Assembly: GCA_040767965.1 (NCBI GenBank)
Contig: JAXGNR010000007.1
Location: 64,001-128,000 of the forward strand
Origin: Atribacterota bacterium
GTDB taxonomy: Bacteria; Atribacterota; Phoenicimicrobiia; Phoenicimicrobiales; Stramentimicrobiaceae
Length of the DNA: 64,000 nucleotides
Reading direction: 5' to 3'
Below, piece by piece: positions 50,675 to 59,655 of this stretch; the stretch's first letter is position 1; the number at the start of each line of letters is the position of its first letter. The notes beneath the pieces are model-generated. The model ran no database searches and was not told the DNA's origin. It saw nothing but the letters and a program-made list of their open reading frames with translations. The translations under genes were made by a program, and so were the position numbers.

Positions 50675-51658
50675 CTAAAATAGCTCTACTACATGTAAAA
50701 TTATTGGCAATACCAATAAAACTGAAAATGTGGTGATGATCCAGCAGGAATTAACCAGATCTACATTTAAATCATAAACATTTGCTGCAACTACAGAATT
50801 AAAAGCTACTGGCATAGCTGATAAGATCAAAGCCACTTTTAATGGTAAACCCTGGTTTAATGATTGGTAACCCAACAATACCACAATTGCAAGAGTTAAT
50901 GCTGGTACAATAAAAAATTTTATAATTGAAATATAGATTATTTCTTTTGTATATTTAAAAACCTGGCCTAATTTTAAAGTAAGACCTATAGAGAATAAAG
51001 AAATAAAAGTAGATAAAGGAATTAGTATTTCATTTACCTTTCCATAAACAGGGGGTCTTTTAAAAGGGCTTAGGTTTAATAATAAACCAATTAAAACAGT
51101 AGTTATCCCCATGTAAAAAAAAGGATCTTTTATTACTTCCAACAATCTTTTTTTAAGTTCTTTTTCTTGTGCAAATTCATCATTATACATATGCGCTACA
51201 GGATAACCGACACCATAATACATAAAATGCATAAATAACGAAAAAATTGGTACTAAGGCATAACCTGGTTCTCCCAGAAAGAAAAAACAAATTAAGGCTC
51301 CCAAATTTGCACGGTTAGAAAAATATCCACAGCTAAACATGGAACCGGTATCTTTATGGGTATAATTTAAATATTTTGAAAGAAATACAGCCAAAATCCC
51401 ACCTGTAACAGTAAAGAATATTCCTACAAAAGGCATTGTTATGGCTTTCATAATATTTTCTATGTTAAATATCCATAAACTGCCAATATAAGTTATCGAT
51501 ATAAGTCCGATCATGGAAATTTTCTGCAATGTGATGCTTATTTTTTTCCTTTTTTCATAAGTGAAGGCCTGATTTTTTGCTAAAATTTTTTGCAGGAAAT
51601 ATCCACTAAATGTACCGGCTACTAAAATAAAAAATGTTTTCATTAATCCAACTATCAT
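50675..51658 (-). CDS. AEC (auxin efflux carrier/malate permease) family transporter
   Basis: About 10 TMs; KFFIVP, SAMPVAFN, N...ITT motifs; ATG 51658 after a GAGG SD. Confidence 0.8.
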   Translation of the reverse strand: MIVGLMKTFFILVAGTFSGYFLQKILAKNQAFTYEKRKKISITLQKISMIGLISITYIGSLWIFNIENIMKAITMPFVGIFFTVTGGILAVFLSKYLNYTHKDTGSMFSCGYFSNRANLGALICFFFLGEPGYALVPIFSLFMHFMYYGVGYPVAHMYNDEFAQEKELKKRLLEVIKDPFFYMGITTVLIGLLLNLSPFKRPPVYGKVNEILIPLSTFISLFSIGLTLKLGQVFKYTKEIIYISIIKFFIVPALTLAIVVLLGYQSLNQGLPLKVALILSAMPVAFNSVVAANVYDLNVDLVNSCWIITTFSVLLVLPIILHVVELF

Positions 51659-51804
51659 AAATCTTAACCTCAAATTTTTTTTATTTTGAAACACAATTAT
51701 AACATTTTAACAACAAAAACCTAATAAAGTAAATAAGTATTTATGAAATTTGCATCATACTCTTATAATTGATAATATAATACACAACTATAGGAGGTTA
51801 TCAA

Positions 51805-52665
51805 TTGAGTCAACTGATTATTAGAAAAAATCCAAAATTAAAAGATGTCCAGATGATAACAAGTTTCAGTGGATGGATGAATGGAGGAGAGGTTTCAACC
51901 GGAACTGTTGATTATATTAAAAACAAGCTAAAAGCAAAAAAATTTGCTGAAATAGCACCAGATCCATTTTATATTTTTAATTTCCCCGGATCCATGGAAC
52001 TGGTAGATGTGTTTCGGCCTTTTGTTAAAGTAGAAAATGGTATATTGCAGGATTTTTCTTTCCCAAAAAATGATTTTTTCTTCCATGAAAATAGTAATTT
52101 GATTCTTTTTAAAGGTAAAGAGCCAAATATGCATTGGAAAGATTATGCTGATTGCATTTTTGAGTTGGGCAAAAAATATAATTTAAAGAGAATATATTTT
52201 ATAGGAAGTGTAGCTGCTGCTACTCCCCATACCAGAGGGATTAGATTATCATGCTCCTGTTCTGAGGAAAAATTAAAGAAGGAAGTAAAAAATCACGGAA
52301 TCAAATTTTCTTTTTATGAAGGTCCAGCCAGTATTACTACCTATCTGACTTATTTAGCCAAACAAAAAGGAATTGAAATGATTAATTTTGTAGCTGAAAT
52401 CCCGATCTATATTCAATCTGAAAACCCCAAAGCTATTAAGACAATAGTCGAAAAGTTAGCTAAACTACTAAACTTAGATATAGATACCACCGATTTAACC
52501 AGGAAAAATTTAGCTTTTGAGAAAAAAATTAACCAATTATTAGAAACCCAGCCACAACTTTCAGAAGAAATTAAAAAATTAGAAGAAAATTACGATCAGG
52601 AATTTTTCGATGGCAAGGGAGGTTTTGAAGAGTGGTTAAAAAGAAAAGGGATTGATAAATTATAA
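51805..52665 (+). CDS. PAC2 (proteasome assembly chaperone-like) family protein
   Basis: FSGWMNGGE, PDPFY, GKEPNMHW, ATPHTR, YEGPASI, AEIPIY...NPKA, LEENYD. Confidence 0.85.
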   Translation: MSQLIIRKNPKLKDVQMITSFSGWMNGGEVSTGTVDYIKNKLKAKKFAEIAPDPFYIFNFPGSMELVDVFRPFVKVENGILQDFSFPKNDFFFHENSNLILFKGKEPNMHWKDYADCIFELGKKYNLKRIYFIGSVAAATPHTRGIRLSCSCSEEKLKKEVKNHGIKFSFYEGPASITTYLTYLAKQKGIEMINFVAEIPIYIQSENPKAIKTIVEKLAKLLNLDIDTTDLTRKNLAFEKKINQLLETQPQLSEEIKKLEENYDQEFFDGKGGFEEWLKRKGIDKL

Positions 52666-52706
52666 AATACCAACCCCTCCTTTATTATATCCAGCTAAGA
52701 CAGTAA

Positions 52707-53795
52707 TTATTTTTTGTTTAAACGAGAATACTCCTGTAGTATTTTTATTAATATATCTACAGCCTTCTGCATATCTACTAATTTGATATGTTCATCCTTA
52801 CTGTGTGGCAGTTTTACACCAGTTCCAAGAATAGCTGCTGTAATTCCATTTTTCACTAAGTTACTTGCGTCAGTCCCTCCACAAATTATTTTAGTTTTCG
52901 GTAACAGACCAACCGACTTAATCGCTCCTTCAGCTATTTTAACAGGCTCAGAGTTTTCGGGAATTTGAAAAGATTTTAATTCAAGACTTCTGGTAATTTC
53001 TACCCTGGCTCCTTTTGCTTTTGCTACTGTCTTAAATGTATCTTCTATTATCTTACTTTGTGTTAAGCATTTTTTATGTTTTTGACTGCGGCATTCTATT
53101 TGTATGAAGGTATTTTCAGGAACTGCATTTAATACCTGCCCTCCTTCAATCAATCCAATATTGACAGTTGTTTCATTATCAATCCAGCCGGTTTTTAATA
53201 AGGATATTCCATGTGCAGCAATTTCAATTGCAGAAATACCGTTTTCCGGTTCAACTGCATGAGCAGCTTTCCCGATTATTTTTATTTTTATCTCAGCCCG
53301 GGAAGGTCCACCAATGATGATCTCATCTAATAATTCAGAATCAAGAACATAACCATTTTTTGATTTTATTAAATTAAAATCTAAAAAAGCAGAACCGGAT
53401 AATCCCACCTCTTCCTGGCGTGTAATTATAATTTCAACAGGCGGATAAGAAGGTGCTTCTTCAAGTGCAACTAATATCTCAGCAATACCTGCTTTATCAT
53501 CAGCCCCCAAAATAGTATCACTTTTTGAGCGGATTATTCCTTTTTCTAAAACAGGTTCTATTCCCTTGCCTGGTTTAACTGTGTCTCCATGACAACAAAA
53601 TAATAAAGGGTTTTTGCTATTACAATTTTTTGAGTTTACTTTTATTATCAAATTTCCAAAATCATCAAATTTATTTTCACTATTCAGTTTGTTTTTAAAT
53701 AATTCAGAAAGAAAATTTAAAAACTCCTTTTCTTCGCCTGATTCACTATCAATTTTCACCATTTCATAAAAGTATTTACAAAGATCAGTCTTCAT
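52707..53795 (-). CDS. M20 metallopeptidase, peptidase T-like (YqjE type)
   Basis: HGDTVKPG, ILGADDKAG, QEEVGL, GKAAHA, GGTDA, PHSKDE. Confidence 0.9.
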   Translation of the reverse strand: MKTDLCKYFYEMVKIDSESGEEKEFLNFLSELFKNKLNSENKFDDFGNLIIKVNSKNCNSKNPLLFCCHGDTVKPGKGIEPVLEKGIIRSKSDTILGADDKAGIAEILVALEEAPSYPPVEIIITRQEEVGLSGSAFLDFNLIKSKNGYVLDSELLDEIIIGGPSRAEIKIKIIGKAAHAVEPENGISAIEIAAHGISLLKTGWIDNETTVNIGLIEGGQVLNAVPENTFIQIECRSQKHKKCLTQSKIIEDTFKTVAKAKGARVEITRSLELKSFQIPENSEPVKIAEGAIKSVGLLPKTKIICGGTDASNLVKNGITAAILGTGVKLPHSKDEHIKLVDMQKAVDILIKILQEYSRLNKK

Positions 53796-53903
53796 CCTCT
53801 ACTCCTTATTAACGACTTATTTGTTTTAAATTTTTCATTTTATAAATTTTATTATTTTATTAATACATTTATTCTCCAGAATATAAAAAAATTCTTTCCA
53901 TTT

Positions 53904-55004
53904 TTACACTACAGTATCCTCTTTTTCTTTATCAAAAATATGTGTTTTTATCATCTCTATTACCAGTTCAATTTCTTCTCCCACCTTGACTGTTGTTCGG
54001 CTATCCAGTTTAGCTACCAGCTGATTCTGCCCGACAATTACATAAAATAAAACTTCATCCCCAAGAGGTTCAATTACCTCCACCTTTGCTTTAATAGTAT
54101 TTTCAGGTGAAGTTCCAGAGTAATATTTTTTATCATGAAAATCTTCTGGTCGGATTCCAAACAATATTTCTTTTTCCAGATAATTAATAATCTTTTCTTG
54201 AAATTCTACAGGTATTTTTAATTGAAAGTTATCTCCGGCAATCAGAAATGAAGATTCTTCTTTGACTATTTTAGCGCGCATAAAATTCATTGCAGGTGAA
54301 CCTATAAAACCAGCCACAAATTGATTGGATGGAGTTTTATATACTTCTAAGGGAGGACCAGACTGCTGCAATTTTCCTTCATTCATAATAAAAATACGAG
54401 TAGCCATAGTCATAGCTTCAATTTGGTCATGAGTAACATAAATAATAGTTGCTTCTAATCGTTGATGAAGTTTGGATATTTCTGCTCTCATCGCAACTCG
54501 CAATTTGGCATCTAAATTAGAGAGAGGTTCATCAAACAGAAATACTTTTGGCTTACGAACAATAGCCCTTCCCAGGGCAACGCGCTGCCTTTGTCCCCCA
54601 GAAAGCTCTTTCGGTTTACGTTTAAGTAGCTTTCTGATATCTAATATATCAGCTGCTTCGTGAACACGTTTCTCTATTTCCTCTCTGGTAAATTTGCGTA
54701 ATTTTAAACCAAAAGCCATATTATTATAAACATCCATATGTGGATACAGGGCATAACTTTGAAAAACCATAGCAATATCGCGATCTTTTGGAGGGATATC
54801 GTTAACCAGCTTCTCTCCGATATATATCTCACCAGAGGTAACCTCCTCCAATCCTGCTATTGCACGCAGGGTTGTGCTTTTGCCACAACCGGAAGGACCT
54901 ACCAAAACTGCAAATTCCTTATCTTTAATATCTAAAGATACATTATCAACAGCCATGACCTCTTTAAATTTTTTAGTAACATTTTTCAAGACAACTCTGG
55001 CCAT
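53904..55004 (-). CDS. Sugar ABC transporter ATP-binding protein (MalK/MsmX type)
   Basis: GPSGCGKST, VFQSYALYPH, LSGGQRQR, DEPLSNLD, YVTHDQ, FIGSPAMN; ATG 55004 follows a GAGGAGG SD. Confidence 0.95.
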   Translation of the reverse strand: MARVVLKNVTKKFKEVMAVDNVSLDIKDKEFAVLVGPSGCGKSTTLRAIAGLEEVTSGEIYIGEKLVNDIPPKDRDIAMVFQSYALYPHMDVYNNMAFGLKLRKFTREEIEKRVHEAADILDIRKLLKRKPKELSGGQRQRVALGRAIVRKPKVFLFDEPLSNLDAKLRVAMRAEISKLHQRLEATIIYVTHDQIEAMTMATRIFIMNEGKLQQSGPPLEVYKTPSNQFVAGFIGSPAMNFMRAKIVKEESSFLIAGDNFQLKIPVEFQEKIINYLEKEILFGIRPEDFHDKKYYSGTSPENTIKAKVEVIEPLGDEVLFYVIVGQNQLVAKLDSRTTVKVGEEIELVIEMIKTHIFDKEKEDTVV

Positions 55005-55056
55005 AAAAGACCTCCTCAATAAATAATAATATTTTAGAATGAAATAATTTTTGTTA

Positions 55057-56055
55057 TTATTTTTCAGCATCCCAAAATAAAGCAGCCGATCCTATAACTC
55101 CAGCAAAATCACCTAAACTACCCAAAACAAGCTTGAAATCTTCTAAATGAGAGCTCATTGCTCTTTGAAAAACAATTTTTTTTATTGGTTTCAATAAATT
55201 ATCACCTTCATTGGCAATTCCGCCTGCCAAAACAATCATTTCTGGATTTAACAAATTTACCAGACTGGTAATCCCCATTCCCAGATATTCAATTGCTTCA
55301 TTCACTATCTCATGAAAGACAGGATGCCCTTCTCTGGCTTGTTGGAATATTTTTGCTAACCCTATATTAAAATCAATTTCTGCAATTGCTCTTGAAATGG
55401 TTTCATTTTTTTTGCTTTCCTCTATCTTAAGAAATATCCGATTTCTTATACCGGTTGCCGAAGAGTAAACTTCTAAACAGCCATATCCTCCACAATTACA
55501 TTGAGGACCTTCTTTGTTTACTACCATATGTCCTATCTCTCCTGCATAAAAGTTTTTGCCATGATAAATTTTTCCATCCAGAATCAATCCTCCGCCAACT
55601 CCCGTACCTAGTGTGATACAAATTAAATCATTCACACCTTGTGCAACTCCATAAATTTTTTCTCCCCAGGCGGCGGCATTAGCATCATTTTCTATTTTAA
55701 CCGGGATATTTAATTCTTTTTCTAGAATATTTTTAATGGGCACATTGTCCCATCCGGGTAAATTGGGGGCGAAATTAACAATTCCCAACTTTGAATTAAC
55801 AGGACCTGGTATACCTATTCCTATTCCCGATATTTCATTATCATTTTCTCTGGATTTATTAATCATATGGCAAATATTTTGTAGCAATCTACCAACTACT
55901 TTTTCTCTCCCCTGCTCTGCCAAAGTAGATGTTTTTAAATAATCTTTTATTTGGCCATTTCTATTTACTAAAGCTATGCCAATTTTTGTTCCACCCAAAT
56001 CTATGCCAATTATTAATTTATCTTTCTCTGGCTTGGGAATATCATTATGTTTCAT
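55057..56055 (-). CDS. ROK-family sugar kinase (glucokinase-like)
   Basis: GIDLGGTKI, ENDANAAA, LGTGVGGG, GEIGH, CNCGGYGCLE; no N-terminal HTH. Confidence 0.92.
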   Translation of the reverse strand: MKHNDIPKPEKDKLIIGIDLGGTKIGIALVNRNGQIKDYLKTSTLAEQGREKVVGRLLQNICHMINKSRENDNEISGIGIGIPGPVNSKLGIVNFAPNLPGWDNVPIKNILEKELNIPVKIENDANAAAWGEKIYGVAQGVNDLICITLGTGVGGGLILDGKIYHGKNFYAGEIGHMVVNKEGPQCNCGGYGCLEVYSSATGIRNRIFLKIEESKKNETISRAIAEIDFNIGLAKIFQQAREGHPVFHEIVNEAIEYLGMGITSLVNLLNPEMIVLAGGIANEGDNLLKPIKKIVFQRAMSSHLEDFKLVLGSLGDFAGVIGSAALFWDAEK

Positions 56056-56099
56056 CTTTTTCTCTTTTCATTTTTGATCCCTGTAAACAATAATTAGGA

Positions 56100-56960
56100 C
56101 TATCCTTTTACTGATCCTGCTAGAATCCCTCTGACAAAATAACGCTGCAGACTTAAAAAGATTACTAGAGGTAAGGCCATTGAAACAAAAGCGGCAGCAG
56201 TTAATAATTCCCAATTTTGCCCGTATGAACCTACCAGAGCGCTTATTCTAACAGTCAAAGGTGCCACATCAGGGGTTCCGCCCAAATATACAAGTGCTAC
56301 CAAGAGATCATTCCAGACCCAGATGAATTGAAAAATGGTAATAGAAGCAATAGCTGGAATAGATAGTGGTATAACGATATTTTTAAATATCTGGAAAGTT
56401 GTCGCTCCATCAATGGTAGCTGATTCAAAGATTTCACTTGGTAAACCGGAAATGTAGTTATACATTAAATATATAACTAAAGGAAGTCCGTATCCTGCAT
56501 GGGCAAACCAGATCCCAACAAATGAACCAGATAGTCCCAGCTGATTAAAAATTCTTAAGATAGGGATTAGGGTCATTTGCAATGGAACAACCAATAAACC
56601 CACAAATAAAATAAAGAAAAATCTTCTTCCCCAAAATTCCATCCATGCAAAAGCATATGCTGCAAAAGAAGCAATAATAATTGGTAATGTGCAAGCAGGA
56701 ATTGTAATAATCAGCGTGTTAACAAAAGCTCTTCCTATACCAATATTATTTATTACATCTCTATAGTTTGCCAGAGTATACTGGGTAAAATTAAATGGGT
56801 GTGCAAAAACCGTCCACCATCCGGAAGAGGCAACAGCTGCGGATGGACGAAAAGATGTGATTAATAGCCCTACTGTTGGGAAAATCCAGATTATTGCCAC
56901 AATAATTACAAACATGTGCATGGGGGCATTTAATAAAAAACTGTTGTGTTTTAGTTTCAT
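56100..56960 (-). CDS. Carbohydrate ABC transporter permease (AglG-like)
   Basis: EAA loop (ESATIDGAT), WVWNDLLVAL, QRYFVRGILAGSVKG. Confidence 0.92.
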   Translation of the reverse strand: MKLKHNSFLLNAPMHMFVIIVAIIWIFPTVGLLITSFRPSAAVASSGWWTVFAHPFNFTQYTLANYRDVINNIGIGRAFVNTLIITIPACTLPIIIASFAAYAFAWMEFWGRRFFFILFVGLLVVPLQMTLIPILRIFNQLGLSGSFVGIWFAHAGYGLPLVIYLMYNYISGLPSEIFESATIDGATTFQIFKNIVIPLSIPAIASITIFQFIWVWNDLLVALVYLGGTPDVAPLTVRISALVGSYGQNWELLTAAAFVSMALPLVIFLSLQRYFVRGILAGSVKG

Positions 56961-57826
56961 CTAATTGCCTCCTGTTCTCTGAATCTTTGAACATTTATCA
57001 CAATCATCGGTATAATAAATAAAAGAAGCAAAATTGCAATAGAGCTTGCTCTTCCGTAATTTCGGAAGATAAACATCTCCTTGTACATTCTGTTAGCAAT
57101 AACTTCAGTTGAAAATGAACCATTTGTCATGACATAGACAATATCAAATACCTTGAGCACATTAATGAACATGGTGGTAGATACTACTGCAATCGTAGGC
57201 TTCATTAAAGGCAAAATTATTTTCCAAAAAATTCGCAACTCACCAGCACCATCAACTCGTGCTGCTTCTAGTAATTCTTTTGGAATTCCTTTATAGCTTG
57301 CAGATAGAATTACCAGACAAAAGCCAGTCCATATCCAGATTCCTACTATAATTAGGCAAACATTATTTATCCAGGGTCTTTCTATCAACCAGGGAATCGG
57401 CTGTGCACCTAAAAAAGACAAAAAGGCATTTAAAATACCAATCTGTTCACTTCCAACTGGCCTATAGGAATAAACAAACTTCCAGATAACACCAGCACCA
57501 ACAAACGAGATTGCCATAGGCATAAATATGATCGATTTTATTATTGGTTCATAGCGAACTCTATCAAGAATTACTGCCATAATTAAGCCCAGGAATACAG
57601 TTACAGGAACAAAGAGAGCCACCCAAAGCAAATTATTACGAAAAGCAGTCAGCATAATGTCATTTGATAAAGAGTATATATAATTGGAAAAACCGACAAA
57701 TTCCTTAGATTGAGGCCCAAAAAAGGAAATAATAAATGTATTTATAGAAGGATATACCAAAAAGAACATTAATACAAAAAGAGCAGGAATTACATATAGC
57801 CATGGGGTGTACCATTTTGTTCGCAT
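56957..57826 (-). CDS. Carbohydrate ABC transporter permease (AglF-like)
   Basis: PMAISFVGAGVIWKF, EAARVDGA, LKVFDIV. Confidence 0.92.
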   Translation of the reverse strand: MRTKWYTPWLYVIPALFVLMFFLVYPSINTFIISFFGPQSKEFVGFSNYIYSLSNDIMLTAFRNNLLWVALFVPVTVFLGLIMAVILDRVRYEPIIKSIIFMPMAISFVGAGVIWKFVYSYRPVGSEQIGILNAFLSFLGAQPIPWLIERPWINNVCLIIVGIWIWTGFCLVILSASYKGIPKELLEAARVDGAGELRIFWKIILPLMKPTIAVVSTTMFINVLKVFDIVYVMTNGSFSTEVIANRMYKEMFIFRNYGRASSIAILLLLFIIPMIVINVQRFREQEAIR

Positions 57827-57867
57827 AATAGTTTAACTCCTTAATAATTTCGTTTCAATAAAAGACA

Positions 57868-57900
57868 GTAGATAGCTGAATACAAAAATCAGCTATCTAC
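57868..57900 (-). other. Intercistronic stem-loop after the binding-protein gene
   Basis: GTAGATAGCTGA-N9-TCAGCTATCTAC perfect inverted repeat. Confidence 0.75.
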
Positions 57901-57935
57901 CAGTTTTGCTATTAATACAAAGCTATATAATTAAA

Positions 57936-59210
57936 TTAATCTCTATAAGCATCCAATGCACTTGCCTCTATCTGCATTAATACATTTGCCAAATTCTCTC
58001 CGCTGACATAATCCAAAATTCCGGTCCAGAAAGATCCGGATCCAACAGCGGCTGGCATAAGGTCAGAGCCGTCAAAGCGGAAAACAGAGGCTTCACCCAG
58101 AAAATCGGCAGCTTTGCGGGTAATGTCATCAGGATAAACACCGGGATCAACATTCTGGTTAGGCGCTAATTTCCCTAATTCTCCAACCCAAATTTCCTGA
58201 GCCTGAGCAGAAGCAATGTATTCCATAAAAGCTCTTGCTTCCGGGGTATCATTGAACATGGCAAGCATATCAGCAGCACCCAAAGCTGGGGTACCATATT
58301 CTTCTTTTATTGATGGGAATGGGAAAAAATCAAAGTCCTCTCCGGGAATTAAATCAGGAAAATGCTCAAGCATAAAACCTTTAATAAAGGTAGCCTGTCG
58401 ATGCATGTAAGCATTTGGAGGATCTGTAAATAAAGCATCAGCAGAATCTCCAAATGGGATAGTCAGAACTGCATTGGGTCCACCATAGACGTAATTGTTA
58501 CTGCGGGCAATTTCACCAAATATTTCAAAAGCTTCCATCACAACTTCATTAGTCCAGGCAATCTCATGGTTAACCCAGGCATCATATGTTTCAGGAGAAG
58601 CAATTCTTAGCATAATATCTTCAATCCAGTCAGTTCCAGGCCAACCACTGGCTGCTCCTGATTCCAGGCCAATAGCCCATGGTGTATTTCCATCAGCGAC
58701 CATTTGATCCGACAAGGCTATTAGCTCATCCCAGGTGCCAGGTACTTCATATCCGGCAGCAGCAAATTTTTTCGGACTGTACCAGACCATACTTTTTAAG
58801 TCTGCCGAAATAAATATTGAATAAAGTTGCCCATCATATGAACCAAGCTCAAGCCAGGCATTCGAATAATTATCCAATAATGTTCCTCTATCCATAAAAG
58901 TAGCTAAAGGAACCAGCCTGCCTTCTTTGGCAAATTCAACCATCTGCCCGGGATTAGGCATTGCAGAAACATCCGGAGGATTACCGGCTTCTACTCTTGT
59001 AGTTAGTATTGCAGGCAAATCTCTGGTCCCGGTAAACTCTACTTTGATACCGGTTTCTTCTTCAAACGGTGCTACCATCTTTTCAAATGCATCAGCCTCA
59101 GCTCCAGTCCAAACCCCCATTACGGTAACGCTTCCTTGGGCATTTACAGAAATAATAAGCAAACAAAACATTCCAGTAATAGCAAACAATAAACCTAATT
59201 TCTTTAACAT
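57936..59210 (-). CDS. Carbohydrate ABC substrate-binding protein (AglE/alpha-glucoside type)
   Basis: Signal peptide; GNPPD, KSMVWY, GWPGTDWIED, RFDGSDLMPAAVG; ATG 59210 after AGGAGG. Confidence 0.88.
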   Translation of the reverse strand: MLKKLGLLFAITGMFCLLIISVNAQGSVTVMGVWTGAEADAFEKMVAPFEEETGIKVEFTGTRDLPAILTTRVEAGNPPDVSAMPNPGQMVEFAKEGRLVPLATFMDRGTLLDNYSNAWLELGSYDGQLYSIFISADLKSMVWYSPKKFAAAGYEVPGTWDELIALSDQMVADGNTPWAIGLESGAASGWPGTDWIEDIMLRIASPETYDAWVNHEIAWTNEVVMEAFEIFGEIARSNNYVYGGPNAVLTIPFGDSADALFTDPPNAYMHRQATFIKGFMLEHFPDLIPGEDFDFFPFPSIKEEYGTPALGAADMLAMFNDTPEARAFMEYIASAQAQEIWVGELGKLAPNQNVDPGVYPDDITRKAADFLGEASVFRFDGSDLMPAAVGSGSFWTGILDYVSGENLANVLMQIEASALDAYRD

Positions 59211-59655
59211 AAAGAACCTCCTATTTTTTATTGTTACCAAAATTGAGTTAACAATAATTAAAATTGAATTGAGCTATTTAACACCTCCTAATATTAAATA
59301 TTTCTTAGTAAATTAAATTTAAAATTAAATAACAAATAAGTGATATTTAAAATAGATATCTAATTGATAATTATTTATATATATTATAAAATGTTTCCCT
59401 ATTTAAATGCAAATTTTAATCTTAATAATAACCTTCCTTTTTTAACAATTTCTAATTTCTTTCTACCCTTAATAATAGATGCAAATAGAATTATTTTTTT
59501 ACATCTATTATTAAAGTATTAAAGCTATAAATTTTAATCAACAAAAAAATATGTTAATATATAATTAAGTAAAAATTTTTCTTATTTTGTTTTTTTACTG
59601 ACGATACTTCCTTTTTGTCAATAAAGCTTTAATAAAATTGTTAAGGAGGTTTTGC

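Noticed and set aside
45171-52665. Ubiquitin-like conjugation/proteolysis system (MoaD/ThiS, PAC2 and peptidases)
   Set aside because: No E1/ThiF, E2, JAB or proteasome genes; the components are kilobases apart in different transcription units
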